Shown: piece by piece, positions 48,801 to 60,000 of the stretch
Layout: every line of letters starts with the position of its first letter
How positions within the stretch are numbered: the stretch's first letter is position 1
Assembly: GCA_965240325.2 (NCBI GenBank)
Contig: OZ251227.1
Span: 1,860,001 to 1,924,000 of the forward strand
Length of the DNA: 64,000 nucleotides
Source of the DNA: Rebecca billardiae RCC1528
Taxonomy: Eukaryota > Protista > Haptophyta
Reading direction: 5' to 3'
The notes under the pieces: model-generated
Seen by the model: the letters and a program-made list of their open reading frames with translations, nothing else
Databases searched by the model: none
Told to the model about the DNA's origin: nothing
Made by a program: the position numbers and the translations under genes

Positions 48801-50724
48801 CAGGTCGCTGCTTCGTTTTTCGGACTGCTTCGTCTTTCAGACCCGGCGATGGCGACGCACCTCGCGCAGCGGCTGCTGTGTGGCGGGCGCCGCGCGGCAG
48901 GGCTAGGCGGCCTGTCGGCGCGTCTGGTGACCTCAACGCAGCTCTGGTGGCTGCGGGGCTGGAGCCCATCGCCTTCCCGATCGTGCTGTTGCTCGACAAC
49001 CACTCGTCGCGGTACACGGAGGACGTGCTCGCAGCCCTCGGCACTGCTGAGTCCGAGTTCGGCATCCGCATCTTCACCGAGGAGCCGAACACGTCGCACT
49101 TCCTACAGGTAGGCGCCCGTGCGCGCGGACGGCTGCAGCGCCTCTCCGGCGCGCGCGCGTGCCCCGGGTGTACCTGGCGTGCAATCGGCCCGGCGCGCGC
49201 GCGCGACGCGCGCACAATCACCTCTCCGCCCTCGCGCGGCCGCACGCACCGTGAAGGCTCTCGATCAGTACAACCACAAGTTCCACTCGCAATACCAGAA
49301 GGGCCTGGCGTCTTTCAAGCACGCGTACACGGCGAGCTACGGCAAGGAGCCCACGATCGGCCTCCGCGAGTTCCTCCAGATCCTCGGCGGCTGTGAGGAG
49401 CTGTCCACGCCGGGTGCGTGGTTCTCGTGGTGTGACACCTTTGACATCATCAACGCGTGGCGCAAGGTGGGCATCACGGGCAACGTGTTGGACCCGGACC
49501 AGATCAACAGGAAGGACTTCGTGGATCGTCTCGATGCCGCACAGGCGAAGGCGGAGCGCAGGCGGCAAGAGGAGGAGGCCGATGCCGCGTCGCTCGCGGC
49601 GGCGGCGCCGGCAGCGGCGCCAAGCACTCCGGAGCGCGGGGCTGCGCGCTCGGCCGACGACGGCGAGCCCTCTGGCGCGCACGCATCACCTACGTTTAGT
49701 GCGTTCACAGCCACGCCTGCGGGGATGCGCTCGAACACTGCTCCAGCCCTCCGCGCCAAGCTCGAGCTCGCCAAGGAGTACTCCGGCCGCCAGGCCGCCA
49801 AGCTCGTGCGCGAGCGTGATGAGCACGACGCCGAGCTCGCCGCGGTGCGCAAGGCGGTGAGGTTCGACCCGGGTGAGCTCGCAGACCAGCTCGGTGTCCT
49901 TCCAGTGCCCGCCGTGGAGCTCGCCGCGCCGAAGCCGGACAACACGCGGCTCGACAGCCAAAACGGCTCGTGGTCGTTGCGTGAGATCAACACGCAGAAG
50001 GCCGCGCAGACCGCGCAGAAGGAGGCCGAGGCGGCGCGCAAGGCGGCGGCCGCATCCGAGCGTGCGCGGAAGAAGGCGGAGGCGGAGGCAGCTGCTGCTG
50101 AGCTCGAGGCGAGCTTCGACCGCTGTCACCAGACCTGCTCGTGCGGCGTGTCGCCCTGCCCGATGGCGAAGGCGAGACGCTGCCCGACGTGCCAGAAGAT
50201 CGATCTCCGAGGGTGGCTGTGCAAGAAGGCCGAGTGCTCGGAAGCTCGCAAGCAATCGGCGCCGGCGCCGGCCGCGCCGGGCACCGCCGCGTCAGTATGA
50301 GCTGTCGTCGTCGACCGTGCTGGCCGCGCAGCCGCAGCGCCGGCTGGCGGTGGCGCGGAAGCCTAGTGAATCCCTGAGGTGGTCTGCTGCATGTATGTGG
50401 TATCTAGAGTGCATGATGCCGTTAGCCCGACTCACACGGCTCACCAGACAGCGGCTCTGACTCGGCGCGCGCGCTGAGAGCCCGCGGGTCTGAAAGTTGA
50501 AGCATGCCGTCGGCGGCCCCGTCGTGGACCTCGTGGCGTCCGTGGGGCACATGGTAGTGGAACAAAGTCGTCTAAATGGTACATACCCGCTGGGTTGTAC
50601 CTCAGGCACACCCTGGGGGTGCCGCCAGACGCGATCTCGAGCGCCGCAGACCCCCGGGGGCGCCGCCGCCATCGTGCACAAAAAGTGAACAGCAATCGGG
50701 TCCGAAAGTTGAAGCAGCGACCTG
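48801..50724 (+). mobile_element. Tc1/mariner-superfamily pogo (DDE_1) transposon, 1,924 bp, TA target-site duplication, internally deleted
   Basis: TA|caggtcgctgcttc..tttcggac ... gtccgaaa..gaagcagcgacctg|TA. The paralogous empty site gggcacTAcaagggg is at ~24056-24070. Confidence 0.93.
48926..50300 (+). pseudogene. 5'-truncated pogo/DDE_1 transposase with a C-terminal Cys-rich putative zinc finger; intron 49109-49256
   Basis: PIVLLLDNHSSRY...EPNTSHFLQ|ALDQYN, IINAWRKVGI and CHQTCSCGVSPC..CPTC..CKKAEC. No HTH region or first catalytic Asp is visible between the TIR and this segment. Confidence 0.8.
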
Positions 50725-50850
50725 TACAAGGGGCGGACCTACGGCCCGCCATATCGCTGCTCGAGCGCGCGGGAATCCCGCTGCTCATCCGGAGGAACCA
50801 CGTGCTCCGCGGAGATCTTGTCAGCAGACCGTGCGCGGTCCTCGTCGCCA

Positions 50851-52329
50851 ATGAGCAGTCCGTCGGGCATCCGAGTTCGTGCGCGCGTTCACACCGCCGC
50901 GTTCGAAGGGCTCCGCGGTATCGCGGCGCTCCAGGTGAGTCTGAGTCACTTCTGCCAGTACATGCTCTACCAACCACTCGTGTACTTCAATGCCACGGCG
51001 GCTGTACAGCTCTTTTACGTGCTGGCCGGATTCATGACGTGCCTCGCCAACAACGAGGCGCCCTCGTCGGAAGCGGGGGGCTGCGGTCCGTTCGCGCGCC
51101 GATTCTGGGCTCGCAGGGTCGCCCGTCTTGGCCCCGTCAATTGGCTTTCGATCGTAGTTGGCACGCCGATCGCCGCCCTCCTGCACCCTCGTCCCCCGTG
51201 GCACGTGCCGCTTAACGTCCTCCTGGACGCACTCTTTGTGCAGGCGTGGGTACCCGTCTTTCGTTTGGTCAACGGGCCGCTCTACTTCATGAATGGGCTT
51301 GCGCTGTTCTACGGCGTGTTTCCCGCCATCCAGCGCCGCACGCAACAGCCGCGCTCAGCGCAGCGTGTCGTTCAGCTATGCTGGCGGCTCTGGGTTGCAT
51401 ACGTGGTGCTCTTTGTGCTGATTGCGGCTGCTATCGAGTGCACCATCTCGCCTACCCCGGTCAGTTTGCCGTCGCAGACGCCGACCACCGCCGAGATCCT
51501 GCATCACGTGCGGCCGATGGCCCGCAAGCACCCGTTGAGCAAGCTCCCCTTGTGCTTGATTGGCGCAGTGGTCGGCAGCTATGCAATGGCCCCCGCTGCC
51601 GACACCGCTGCAGGTGCCGAGGGCAGCTCTATCGCTGCGACGAAACCCGCAGCGTCCTTGCGCTGGGGCGGTGTTGCGAATGGCTGCGCTTTGGCTTACG
51701 CACTCTTCACGCTCGCCTACCTCTGCGTGCCGCTGATCGCCTTCCAGACGTGTGGGTACGAATACGCCTGGATTGCTGAGGATGCCTTCGCATACACAGC
51801 TGATCTGCTGCCTGGGCCGGCGTTCGCGCTGTGGCTTTACGCCCTGACGCAGGCGCCCGGCTGCGCAGCGGAGCGCTTCTTATCGAATGCGCTCCTCCAG
51901 TGGATTGGCAAGATCTCCTACTCATGGTACTGCATACATCTTCCCCTTTTCTACATCTGCGCATGGCTGAGGGGGCTGGCGCGCGCACCTGATGACGGGA
52001 TCGTTCCCCGCTATGCCGCCGGCTGGTCTGGATCCCCGCTGCTGCAATGGTGGGAGATTGTGCCCGTCATGGCTGTGGTGGCGATGGTGAGTGCTGCTGT
52101 CCATCGCTGGGTCGAAGAGCCCGCGCGGCGGATCATCTACCGTCTCGTCGACGGCACTCCTGCAACGGCCGCAACCCCCGACGATTCGATGGCGACACGG
52201 CGTCCCTGGCGCGGCGATGATGGATCTGATGCTGGGACCGGTATCGAACGCCGGTCGCTGCAGACTATGCCTGGTAGTTCTCTGATGACGTCGATGAATA
52301 CGCCGAAGACGACGATGCCATTGGTCTGA
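50851..52329 (+). CDS. Acyltransferase family 3 (OafA/YrhL-like) multi-pass membrane protein, copy 1
   Basis: FEGLRGIAALQVSLSH, AVQLFYVLAGF, FWARRVARLGP, IGKISYSWYCIH and HRWVEEPARR. Confidence 0.9.
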   Translation: MSSPSGIRVRARVHTAAFEGLRGIAALQVSLSHFCQYMLYQPLVYFNATAAVQLFYVLAGFMTCLANNEAPSSEAGGCGPFARRFWARRVARLGPVNWLSIVVGTPIAALLHPRPPWHVPLNVLLDALFVQAWVPVFRLVNGPLYFMNGLALFYGVFPAIQRRTQQPRSAQRVVQLCWRLWVAYVVLFVLIAAAIECTISPTPVSLPSQTPTTAEILHHVRPMARKHPLSKLPLCLIGAVVGSYAMAPAADTAAGAEGSSIAATKPAASLRWGGVANGCALAYALFTLAYLCVPLIAFQTCGYEYAWIAEDAFAYTADLLPGPAFALWLYALTQAPGCAAERFLSNALLQWIGKISYSWYCIHLPLFYICAWLRGLARAPDDGIVPRYAAGWSGSPLLQWWEIVPVMAVVAMVSAAVHRWVEEPARRIIYRLVDGTPATAATPDDSMATRRPWRGDDGSDAGTGIERRSLQTMPGSSLMTSMNTPKTTMPLV

Positions 52330-52963
52330 CGACGCGACAATACAGGTGGATACGGGTCAACTGGACAGCGGCCGGCCCAACTCACGGGGCGCCATTGTGC
52401 CCGCGGCTCCGGCTCCCACCGCGGTGCGCGCGTTCGAGCGGGTGGCTGTGCGAGTTAGCATGAGCAGTCACGGGTCGTGGCGCGCCTCGGGCCTGGGCGA
52501 GGGTGCCGTGGTACATCCCACACGGTGGCCAACTGGACAGTGCGCGCCCGCGAGCGACCACGTGACTCGTGAGGCGTATGGTCTTTTTCAGGGTGGGCGA
52601 GGCCTCTCTGTGCCGCCCCTGGACCTGACGACCACGTCCCAGCAGCCATGTGCGTGCCGGTACATACGCGCCATACGCGTCGATCCCCAGGCGCGCACGT
52701 CGGTACGGGCACCTGTTTTGCACCTGTTTTGCAGCCGCATGCAAGCCAGGAGCAGCGCCCGCGGGTGGAGGGAGGCCTACAGACGGTGCGTCAGAAGCAC
52801 TCGACTGACTAGTCTCAGAAGACTCGCTGCTGGACCTAATAACGTCCCACCCCACCTAATATGCCCCTGCTGCTGCGCACCGCCATGTCCGCTCGCGCTC
52901 GCGCGCGCAGACTAGGCGGTCGTCAACGAGACGCGACGAGTATGGGGGATATATCATCAACTA

Positions 52964-54338
52964 TCAAGTGACGATGCGGATGAAGAGGGTCAGCCACGCT
53001 GTCAGAGAGAGCGGTGCTACGATCATCTGCACGGCGAGAATGGCCGCAGCGCGGCGGCTGAGGTTGTGCGCTTGTCTCTGGTTCAGCATGACGACGACGT
53101 TGTTCGCCGTGGGCATTGCCGTCTGCAGCAGCAGCACGAGGCGCAGCAGCGTGCCCACGCGCCGCCCGTCGTCACCAGGCCCGCCGCCGGTTGCGAGCGC
53201 GGGGATGCAGCGCGTGTCGAGGCTGTACAGCGCCAAGCCGAGCGCAGGCATCAAGCCCGCGCGCACGATGAACGCGAGCGCGGCGTCGAGCGGCAGCCCG
53301 TGCCACCACGGCTGCTCCGTGCCCGCATGCCCCTGGCCCTCCGCCTCGTCGTCCGCGTCCGCATCCGCGCCGAGCACCGCGCCGAGCAAGACGGTGCCCA
53401 CCGGGATGCACGCGTCGCCCACCAACAGCAGAGCCGCCTGCAGCGGCGCGAGGGGCGCGTTTGCGCCGACGAGCAGGCGCTTGGCGGGCGAGATGCCGAC
53501 GAGCAGCCCGGCGAGGACGGCGACGATTGGCGCGTTGAGCGTGCGCCGCGCCATCGCCACCATGCTATCGCGCTCCGGCAGGCGCGCCCACACGGCTGCG
53601 ACGGGGCGAGACGCGGCGTGCTGGTGCGCCCATAGCCGCCCGCCGACCGAGCTGCTGAGTGCGATCGTGCCCCCCGCAGAGCTCTCCTCCGTGACGGATG
53701 AACCGCGCCCCGCGCTCTCCTCCACGCTCGGCTGCGCCGCCAGCTTGGTCGGCGGCTCGGCCGCAATCGGTCGCCCCGCGTACTCCCAGCCAGCCGTCCA
53801 GCAGAGCACGCTCCAGCCGAGCAGGTACACGGACACGTTGCCGAACGCGCGGTCGAGGGCGAGCGGGTCGTCGGGTACGAGGACGGGCGCGAGGCTGGTG
53901 AGGAGGATCAGGGGAAACAGGTTGCCTGTGACGCGGCCCGCGCGGCGCAGGCAGCAGCGTGAGGTGTGCAAAGCGGTGCGCGCGCGCGCACTGACTGTTC
54001 CGCGCACCATTGCCGAACGTGCCAGCCATTACTACGACCCGCCTGCGAGATGGGCTCAGTCGGCACACCCAGGCGAGCGCGCTCGTCACCGCAAAGCCCA
54101 AGCCAATGTGCACGACCGCGTGCGCGGGCAGCAACCAGTCCGTTGCGAGCCCGGCCAACGTCGCTGACTCCGCAACGTGCGCAAAGAGCATGCACGGGAG
54201 CAGCAGATGGACGGTGAAGGCGTTGAGCTGCTTGACCGCCGGCGCGTTGACGAAGCCCGTGCGCGCCAGGACCACGCCGAAGCTCAACACGAGCATGGCC
54301 TTCGCCACGGCGGCGCCGGCCGCCGCGAAGGGCGTCAT
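52964..54338 (-). CDS. Auxin-efflux-carrier / PIN-LIKES (Mem_trans) family transporter; exons 54338-54008 and 53925-52964
   Basis: HLLLPCMLF, AGTFGN(G)|NLFPLIL, LNAPIVAVLAG, VGDACIPVGTVLLGAVL and LLLQTAMPTANN; 82-nt GT-AG intron 54007-53926. Confidence 0.88.
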
Positions 54339-54380
54339 GCAACTCGACGGTGTACGATGGCGCCCGGCGCCCGGCAGCGC

Positions 54381-54510
54381 TAAATCAGCCCGGGCTGATT
54401 TAAGCTTATCTCAGCCCGGGCTGATTTAAGCCCTTAAATCAGCCCGGGCTGAGATAAGCTCCGCGCGAGCTTATCTCAGCCCGGGCTGAGATAAGCGCTT
54501 ATCTCAGCCC
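54381..54510. repeat. Array of palindromic units with core tcagcccgggctga (left end)
   Basis: Four full cores plus a half core, with taaa-/ttatc- and -ttta/-gataa wings. Confidence 0.95.
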
Positions 54511-56712
54511 AGCGGCTCGCGACTCGGCCACCGTGGACTCGGAGCGCACGTCGCGCGGTGCGGCCCGCCCGCTCCATGGCTGCACGCGCTGCTGTGTCTT
54601 CGGTGGCCACAGGGTGAAGTGCGCTGAGTCTAGTGGCGGGCGCCCAGCTCCACCCACCCCCTTCTCCCTGGCCCGCCCCGCCTGCCCTCGCCCGCATCGG
54701 ATGCCTTCCTCGCGCATGCAACGGCCTCAGCCAACGCCATTGTTCCACCATCGATTCCACCATCGACGGTCGTGGGTACTTGTACGTCGTGTACTGTACA
54801 TGTGTGTCATGTGTAATCGCACGCATCTGGCCACGGCCCACGTGCACCTGTCTGCCGTGTGCCGTCGCCCTTGTACCGCGTTGCCCTTGTACCGTTCGCG
54901 CGTTGCGGCATGTGCTTGCCCAGCTTGGCATACTTGCCGGTCACGCTCGACGCTGGATCAGCCAGTCATCGCGATCCCGTCAGATCGAAACGGTCCCTTC
55001 GCGCGGCGCACTACTCTGCGCGGCGGCTGCCGGTTCATGACCGAGCTTGGACCATCAGCTGACAGCTGTGGTGTGCGGCTCGCTGCGTCTCAAGCGTGGC
55101 AGGCGCTTCGGCAGAGTAATACACTGTCGACGGTCGTGGCGCCGCAGCTGGTGGGCTCACCGGCGCCGTCGCGCTCGCAGCTTTCGGCGCGCTTGGCGAG
55201 CACGCCAAGGTCGCCGCGCGCACCGTGGTCCGCGTGCACACAACGGCCGCCGCGCGCGCCGCAGCCGTCTTGCGCGCCGCAGCCGGCGAGCGCGCCGCGG
55301 CCGGCGAGCGCGCCGCGGCTGCTGAGCGCGCCCGGCCGGCGAGCGCGCCGCGGCCGGCGAGTGCGCCGCGGCTGCTGCGCGCGCCCGGCCGGTGAGCGCG
55401 CCGCGGCTGCCGCGCGCCGCGCGGCTGGCGATTGCGCCGCGGCTGCCACGCGCGCTGCGGCCGGTAAGCGCGCCACGGCGGCAGACAGCGTAATACGGCC
55501 GTCGCGCCCGGCCGGCGAGCGCGCCGTGGCTGCTGCGCGCGCCGCGGCTGCTGCGCGCGCCGCGGCCGGCGAGCGCGCCGAGGCCGACCAACGCGCCGCG
55601 ACCGCCCCGCGCACGGCGACCGAAGGCGAGTCTGTGGCGGATAGCGAGCTTGCCGCTGCGGCTAGTGAGCGCGCCGCAACCGCCGCGGATGGATGGTGCA
55701 GCCGGGGCTTGCGCCACCGCGACCGGTGAGCTGGCCGCGCCAGCATGCGTAGGTATTGGCGAGCGCGCCACCGCAACCGGCGAGCGCGCACCGCACGGGC
55801 CACAGATGCCCATTGGTCCAACGCCGCAGGTGCCCATCAAGCCTGGCGCCAACACGTGACAGTTGCGCGATGAGGCTGAGCGTGCTCGCCGGCCGCTGCG
55901 CGCTCACTGGCCGCGGCGGCGCGCTCGCTCGCTATCCGCCACAGACTAGCCTTCGGTCGTCGCGCACGGCCGCGGCGCGCTGGTCCGCCGCGGCGCGCGC
56001 GGCAGCCACGGCGCGCGCGGCAACCGCGGCGCGCGCGGCGGCCACCGCGCGCGTGGCGCATGCGGCGGCCGCTGCGTGCGTGCGGACCGCGGCGCACACC
56101 GCAACCTTAGCTTGCTGTCCGTGCGCACCAGCCCCTGAGCCGCGGCACGCGCTGCGAGCTTTGCGTGCTCGCCGTGCGCGCCGACAGCTGCGGGCGTGCC
56201 GGCGTCGGCGCGCCCACTAGCCGCAGCGCCATGATCGTCCATGGAGCTGCGCCGGTGCCCATGCCTGTGCCGCTGGCACCGGTACGCCCGCGCGCGGCGG
56301 CCGCGGTGGCAACGTTCAGCACATTTTGAACAACGTGCAATGGCAACAGCACACAACCGACTGTAGCGCACGGGCCGTGTTCACCCGCGTGCGACTACGC
56401 GCGGACATGGTCAACTGGCGAACGTCGATGGTGCGTCCATGGTGTTGGCTGCATGCTTCTCATGCGGGCAGCAAGTCCACAAGCCGAGTTGCCGCCGTGG
56501 AGTTGCATGCGCGAGGAAGGCATCCGATGCGGGCGAGGGCAGGCGGGGCGGGCCAGGGAGAAGGGGGTGGGTGGAGCTGGGCGCCCGCCACTAGACTCAG
56601 CGCACTTCACCCTGTGGCCACCGAAGACACAGCAGCGCGTGCAGCCATGGAGCGGGCGGGCCGCACCGCGCGACGTGCGCTCCGAGTCCACGGTGGCCGA
56701 GTCGCGAGCCGC

Positions 56713-56796
56713 TGGGCTGAGATAAGCGCTTATCTCAGCCCGGGCTGAGATAAGCTTAAATCAGCCCGGGCTGAGATAAGCGCTTATCTCAGCCCA
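56713..56796. repeat. Internal array of the same palindromic units
   Basis: Two full cores and two half cores. Confidence 0.95.
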
Positions 56797-57070
56797 GCGC
56801 CCCAGCCCGCGCGGCTCGCGACACGCACGCGTCAAGGGGCCGTGGGAGCGCACCCCTGATTCGCACGCGGGCGGGCGTTACAGGCGCGGTGAGCACGGCA
56901 GCGCGCGTCACCCTGCGGCATCGTGTCTCATGTACCGGCACGCTGGCGTTCTTCTCCCCGCAAGCTTCATCCGCCTCGTTCTCACGCGTCCTCCCCTGCC
57001 CCGCGTGTGTTGTCAACCGCATCATGTCATTGCCGCACGCCGCGCAGGTCGTGCTCGCCGAGCTGCCCTC

Positions 57071-60000
57071 ATGTCGTGGGTCTTCGCGTCTCTGCCGTGG
57101 CTGCGTCGGAGCGATGACAATGCGCAGCCGAACCCGCCTGAGCCCGCCCCGGCCGAGGCAGGGAGCGTTGTGAACCAGGCAAGTGCGGGGCGTGCAGCTG
57201 CCGACTTTCAAACGGGCGAGTCGCAGCGGCTTGAGTTGCCGCGGGAGCTCTTGGACTCGCTGGGCGATATCGATCCCACTTCAACTTTCCTCGGGGCCGG
57301 CGAAGCAGCCACTGCAGGAGCCCCCGCGCGCGGAGGAGCCGGCGAGCGCACTGCAGCCGGCGCGCGCCGAGCGGCCGGCGCGCGCGGAGCGGCCGGCTCG
57401 TGCGCCGCGGCGGGCGAGCAACGACCGCGAGCTGCTGACAAGCGCGCCGCGGCCGGCGCGCGCGGAGCGGCTGGCGAGCACGCCGCGGCTGGCGTCGCCG
57501 GAGCGGCCAACGAGCGTGCCGCGGCCGGTGCGGCGGCATCGGCCAGCGCGCCTCCCGCGACCGAGGGCGAGCCGGTGGCAGATGGTGAGCGTGCCGCCGC
57601 GCCTGGCGCGCACGCCGCGGCCGGCGCGCACGCTGCGGCCGGCGCGCACGGCGCGGCCGGTGCGCGCCCCGCGGCCGCGGAGCAGCCGCAGATGCACGTT
57701 GTACCATCGCCGCAGAAGCACATCGAGCTTGGCGATAACAAGTGGTACTTGCGCGAGGAGGCTGAGGTCGTGGCCGAGCGCGAGGCCGACAACGTCTTCG
57801 TGCCCATGGGCCTGCAGTCGTTCTGGCCGATGCTGCGCGCGAACGCTCGGGACGAGCAGCAAGCAGTCGACGCGACTGTGAAGCAGGCGAAAGCAGATGT
57901 CAGGCGGTGGGCGAAGCGCTTCGACACGGGCGAGGGCTGCCACGGCGTGCGCAGCAGGGGCACGCGGAATGCCAACAAGCCGGAGGAGTTGTCCAACGAT
58001 GGCCTCTCGCAGGCGCAGCGCGAGAGATTGTGGGCGAGCCGGCATGGCACGTCGTGGCGCGTGTGCTGCTCGTGCTGCGACCCGCCGAGAAAGTCGGTGG
58101 TGCAGCTCGACTTCGCCGACGACGACTTCGCCGGGTGCGGTGACGACGTCGATGACGACGACAACGGCGACGCTGGCGCGGTCAAAGGCGAGACCAAGCG
58201 GCGGCAGCGCACAAGCCAGGCGAGCGGCTGCGCATTCGTAATCTACCTCGAGCACGTGAGGGACGGTATCTGCATCAACCAGACGTCACACTTCCAGCAC
58301 AACCACACCTGCGGCACGTCCGAGGCTGAGAAGGCCGCGAGCGCCGCCACGCGCGACAGCATCTCTGATGAGATCCGCGAGGAGGCGCAGACCTGGGCGG
58401 CACGCGTCCCGCTGCCTATGGTCGTCCACGTGCTCAAGACGAAGTACGGGACTGACGAGTGGTCCCCGGACTGGACGGTGAAGGACTTCAACAACCTCTT
58501 GAAGCCGGACGCGCTCGGGAAGCACCTCGACACCACCCGATTCGTCGCCGACCTCATCGCCCTGCGCGACGAAGGTGTGCACGCGCCCGCGCGCTCGGCG
58601 CTGCGCCTGTGCCGCGCGCGGGCGCGCGTGTGCGCGCCCAAGGCAGCACGTGCTCACCATGTCGCACCACGTGCGCGCGCTTTGCAGGGCACCGGACATT
58701 CTACCAGACGCACGAGGAAACGGGCGTGCTTCTCGTCGCCATGATCTGCTTCGCCAGCGCCATCGAGGACCACAAGCTCGCTCCTCTCTCGACCGTCGAC
58801 GTGTACGATGACACATTCAACACGAACCGGTACAACTACAAGCTCGGTGCCATCACGTACACCTCTCGCGACGGCCGCACGCGGTTGAAGGCGCTGACCT
58901 TCAAGCTCTTCACCGACCAGAAGAGCTTCGAGCTCGTGCTGCGATGGTACGTCGAGGCCTTCGGCTCTCGCATGAACACGCTCATCACGGACGGTGACTA
59001 CGCGCTCCACCTAGCCATCGTCGCCGTGTTTGGGGCGGCCTTTGCGCTGTACTGCCACCTCCTGTGCGTTTGGCACGTGGCGCAGCTGGTGACGAAGCAC
59101 ACGAAGTACCTCTTCGGCAACGCGGCAAGCGGCAAGCGAGGTGGCAGCGAGGGCAACACCGCTTACAACGCTTTCATTCGTGCGCGCCCGCGCCCATCAT
59201 CCACTGGCGCGTGCTGTGCGCTGCCGCGCGCCGCGCCGCACGCGGTGACGCGGTGAGAGAACTCGCACTCACGCGCTTCATTCGCGACCCCGCCTCCGAC
59301 GCCCGTCACGACCAGGCTGTTTCTGGCGCATGGCGAAGAAGTCCGATGTGCAGTCGATTGCCACCCTGCGCGACGAGTTCCTGGAGCTGCGCTCGATGAT
59401 CGTGGCCCTCAGGACGGACTCGAACGGGGCCGCCGTCGACAAGGAGCTCGCCTGGCTCGGACACCCCGACGATGAGGAGGATCCGTCGACACTGTGGGGT
59501 CGGCGTTACAACTGCTTCGCGCGCTACACCTACGCGCGGTTCAGCTGGGGCATGGACGCGTCGACGCGTGGCGAGTCCATCAATTCGAGTGCGCGCACAC
59601 GCCCAACAGCTGCGCGCTGCGCGCACGTGCGGCAGGCGCAGCGCGCGCCTGCACACCGCTCATGACTTTCTACCGTACCCTGCGCGCGCATGGTGCGTGC
59701 GGACAGCCATGAAGGACTCGTACAACAGCCTCGTGAACGGGAAGATGCCGCTGACTGAGCTGTTGAGCAACATGAAGACGCTCGAGCAGACGATGACGAC
59801 GAAGGCCAACGTGCAGAACGTCATCGACAGCAGACGTTTTGCCTTGTCGAACTCGAATGCACCGGCGCCGTTCTTGACGGACATGCAGACGCGCCTGGGC
59901 GTCTCTGCTCGCGGGCTTATCCTCGTGCGAGCCGCGCTGCTGCGCATCTCGTCGTACATGGTGGACGATGATGCTGAGCCGCCCGACTGGGACGAGCTGC

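Larger units (their letters stand above)
47273..50753. mobile_element. Dispersed repeat copy 2 (homolog of 22597-24090), hosting a pogo insertion
   Basis: Shares both end motifs and internal blocks with copy 1. Confidence 0.7.

Noticed and set aside
54381-54510. CRISPR-like appearance of the palindromic arrays (also at 56.7 and 62.7 kb)
   Set aside because: No unique spacers and no cas genes; eukaryotic context; the arrays sit at transposon ends.
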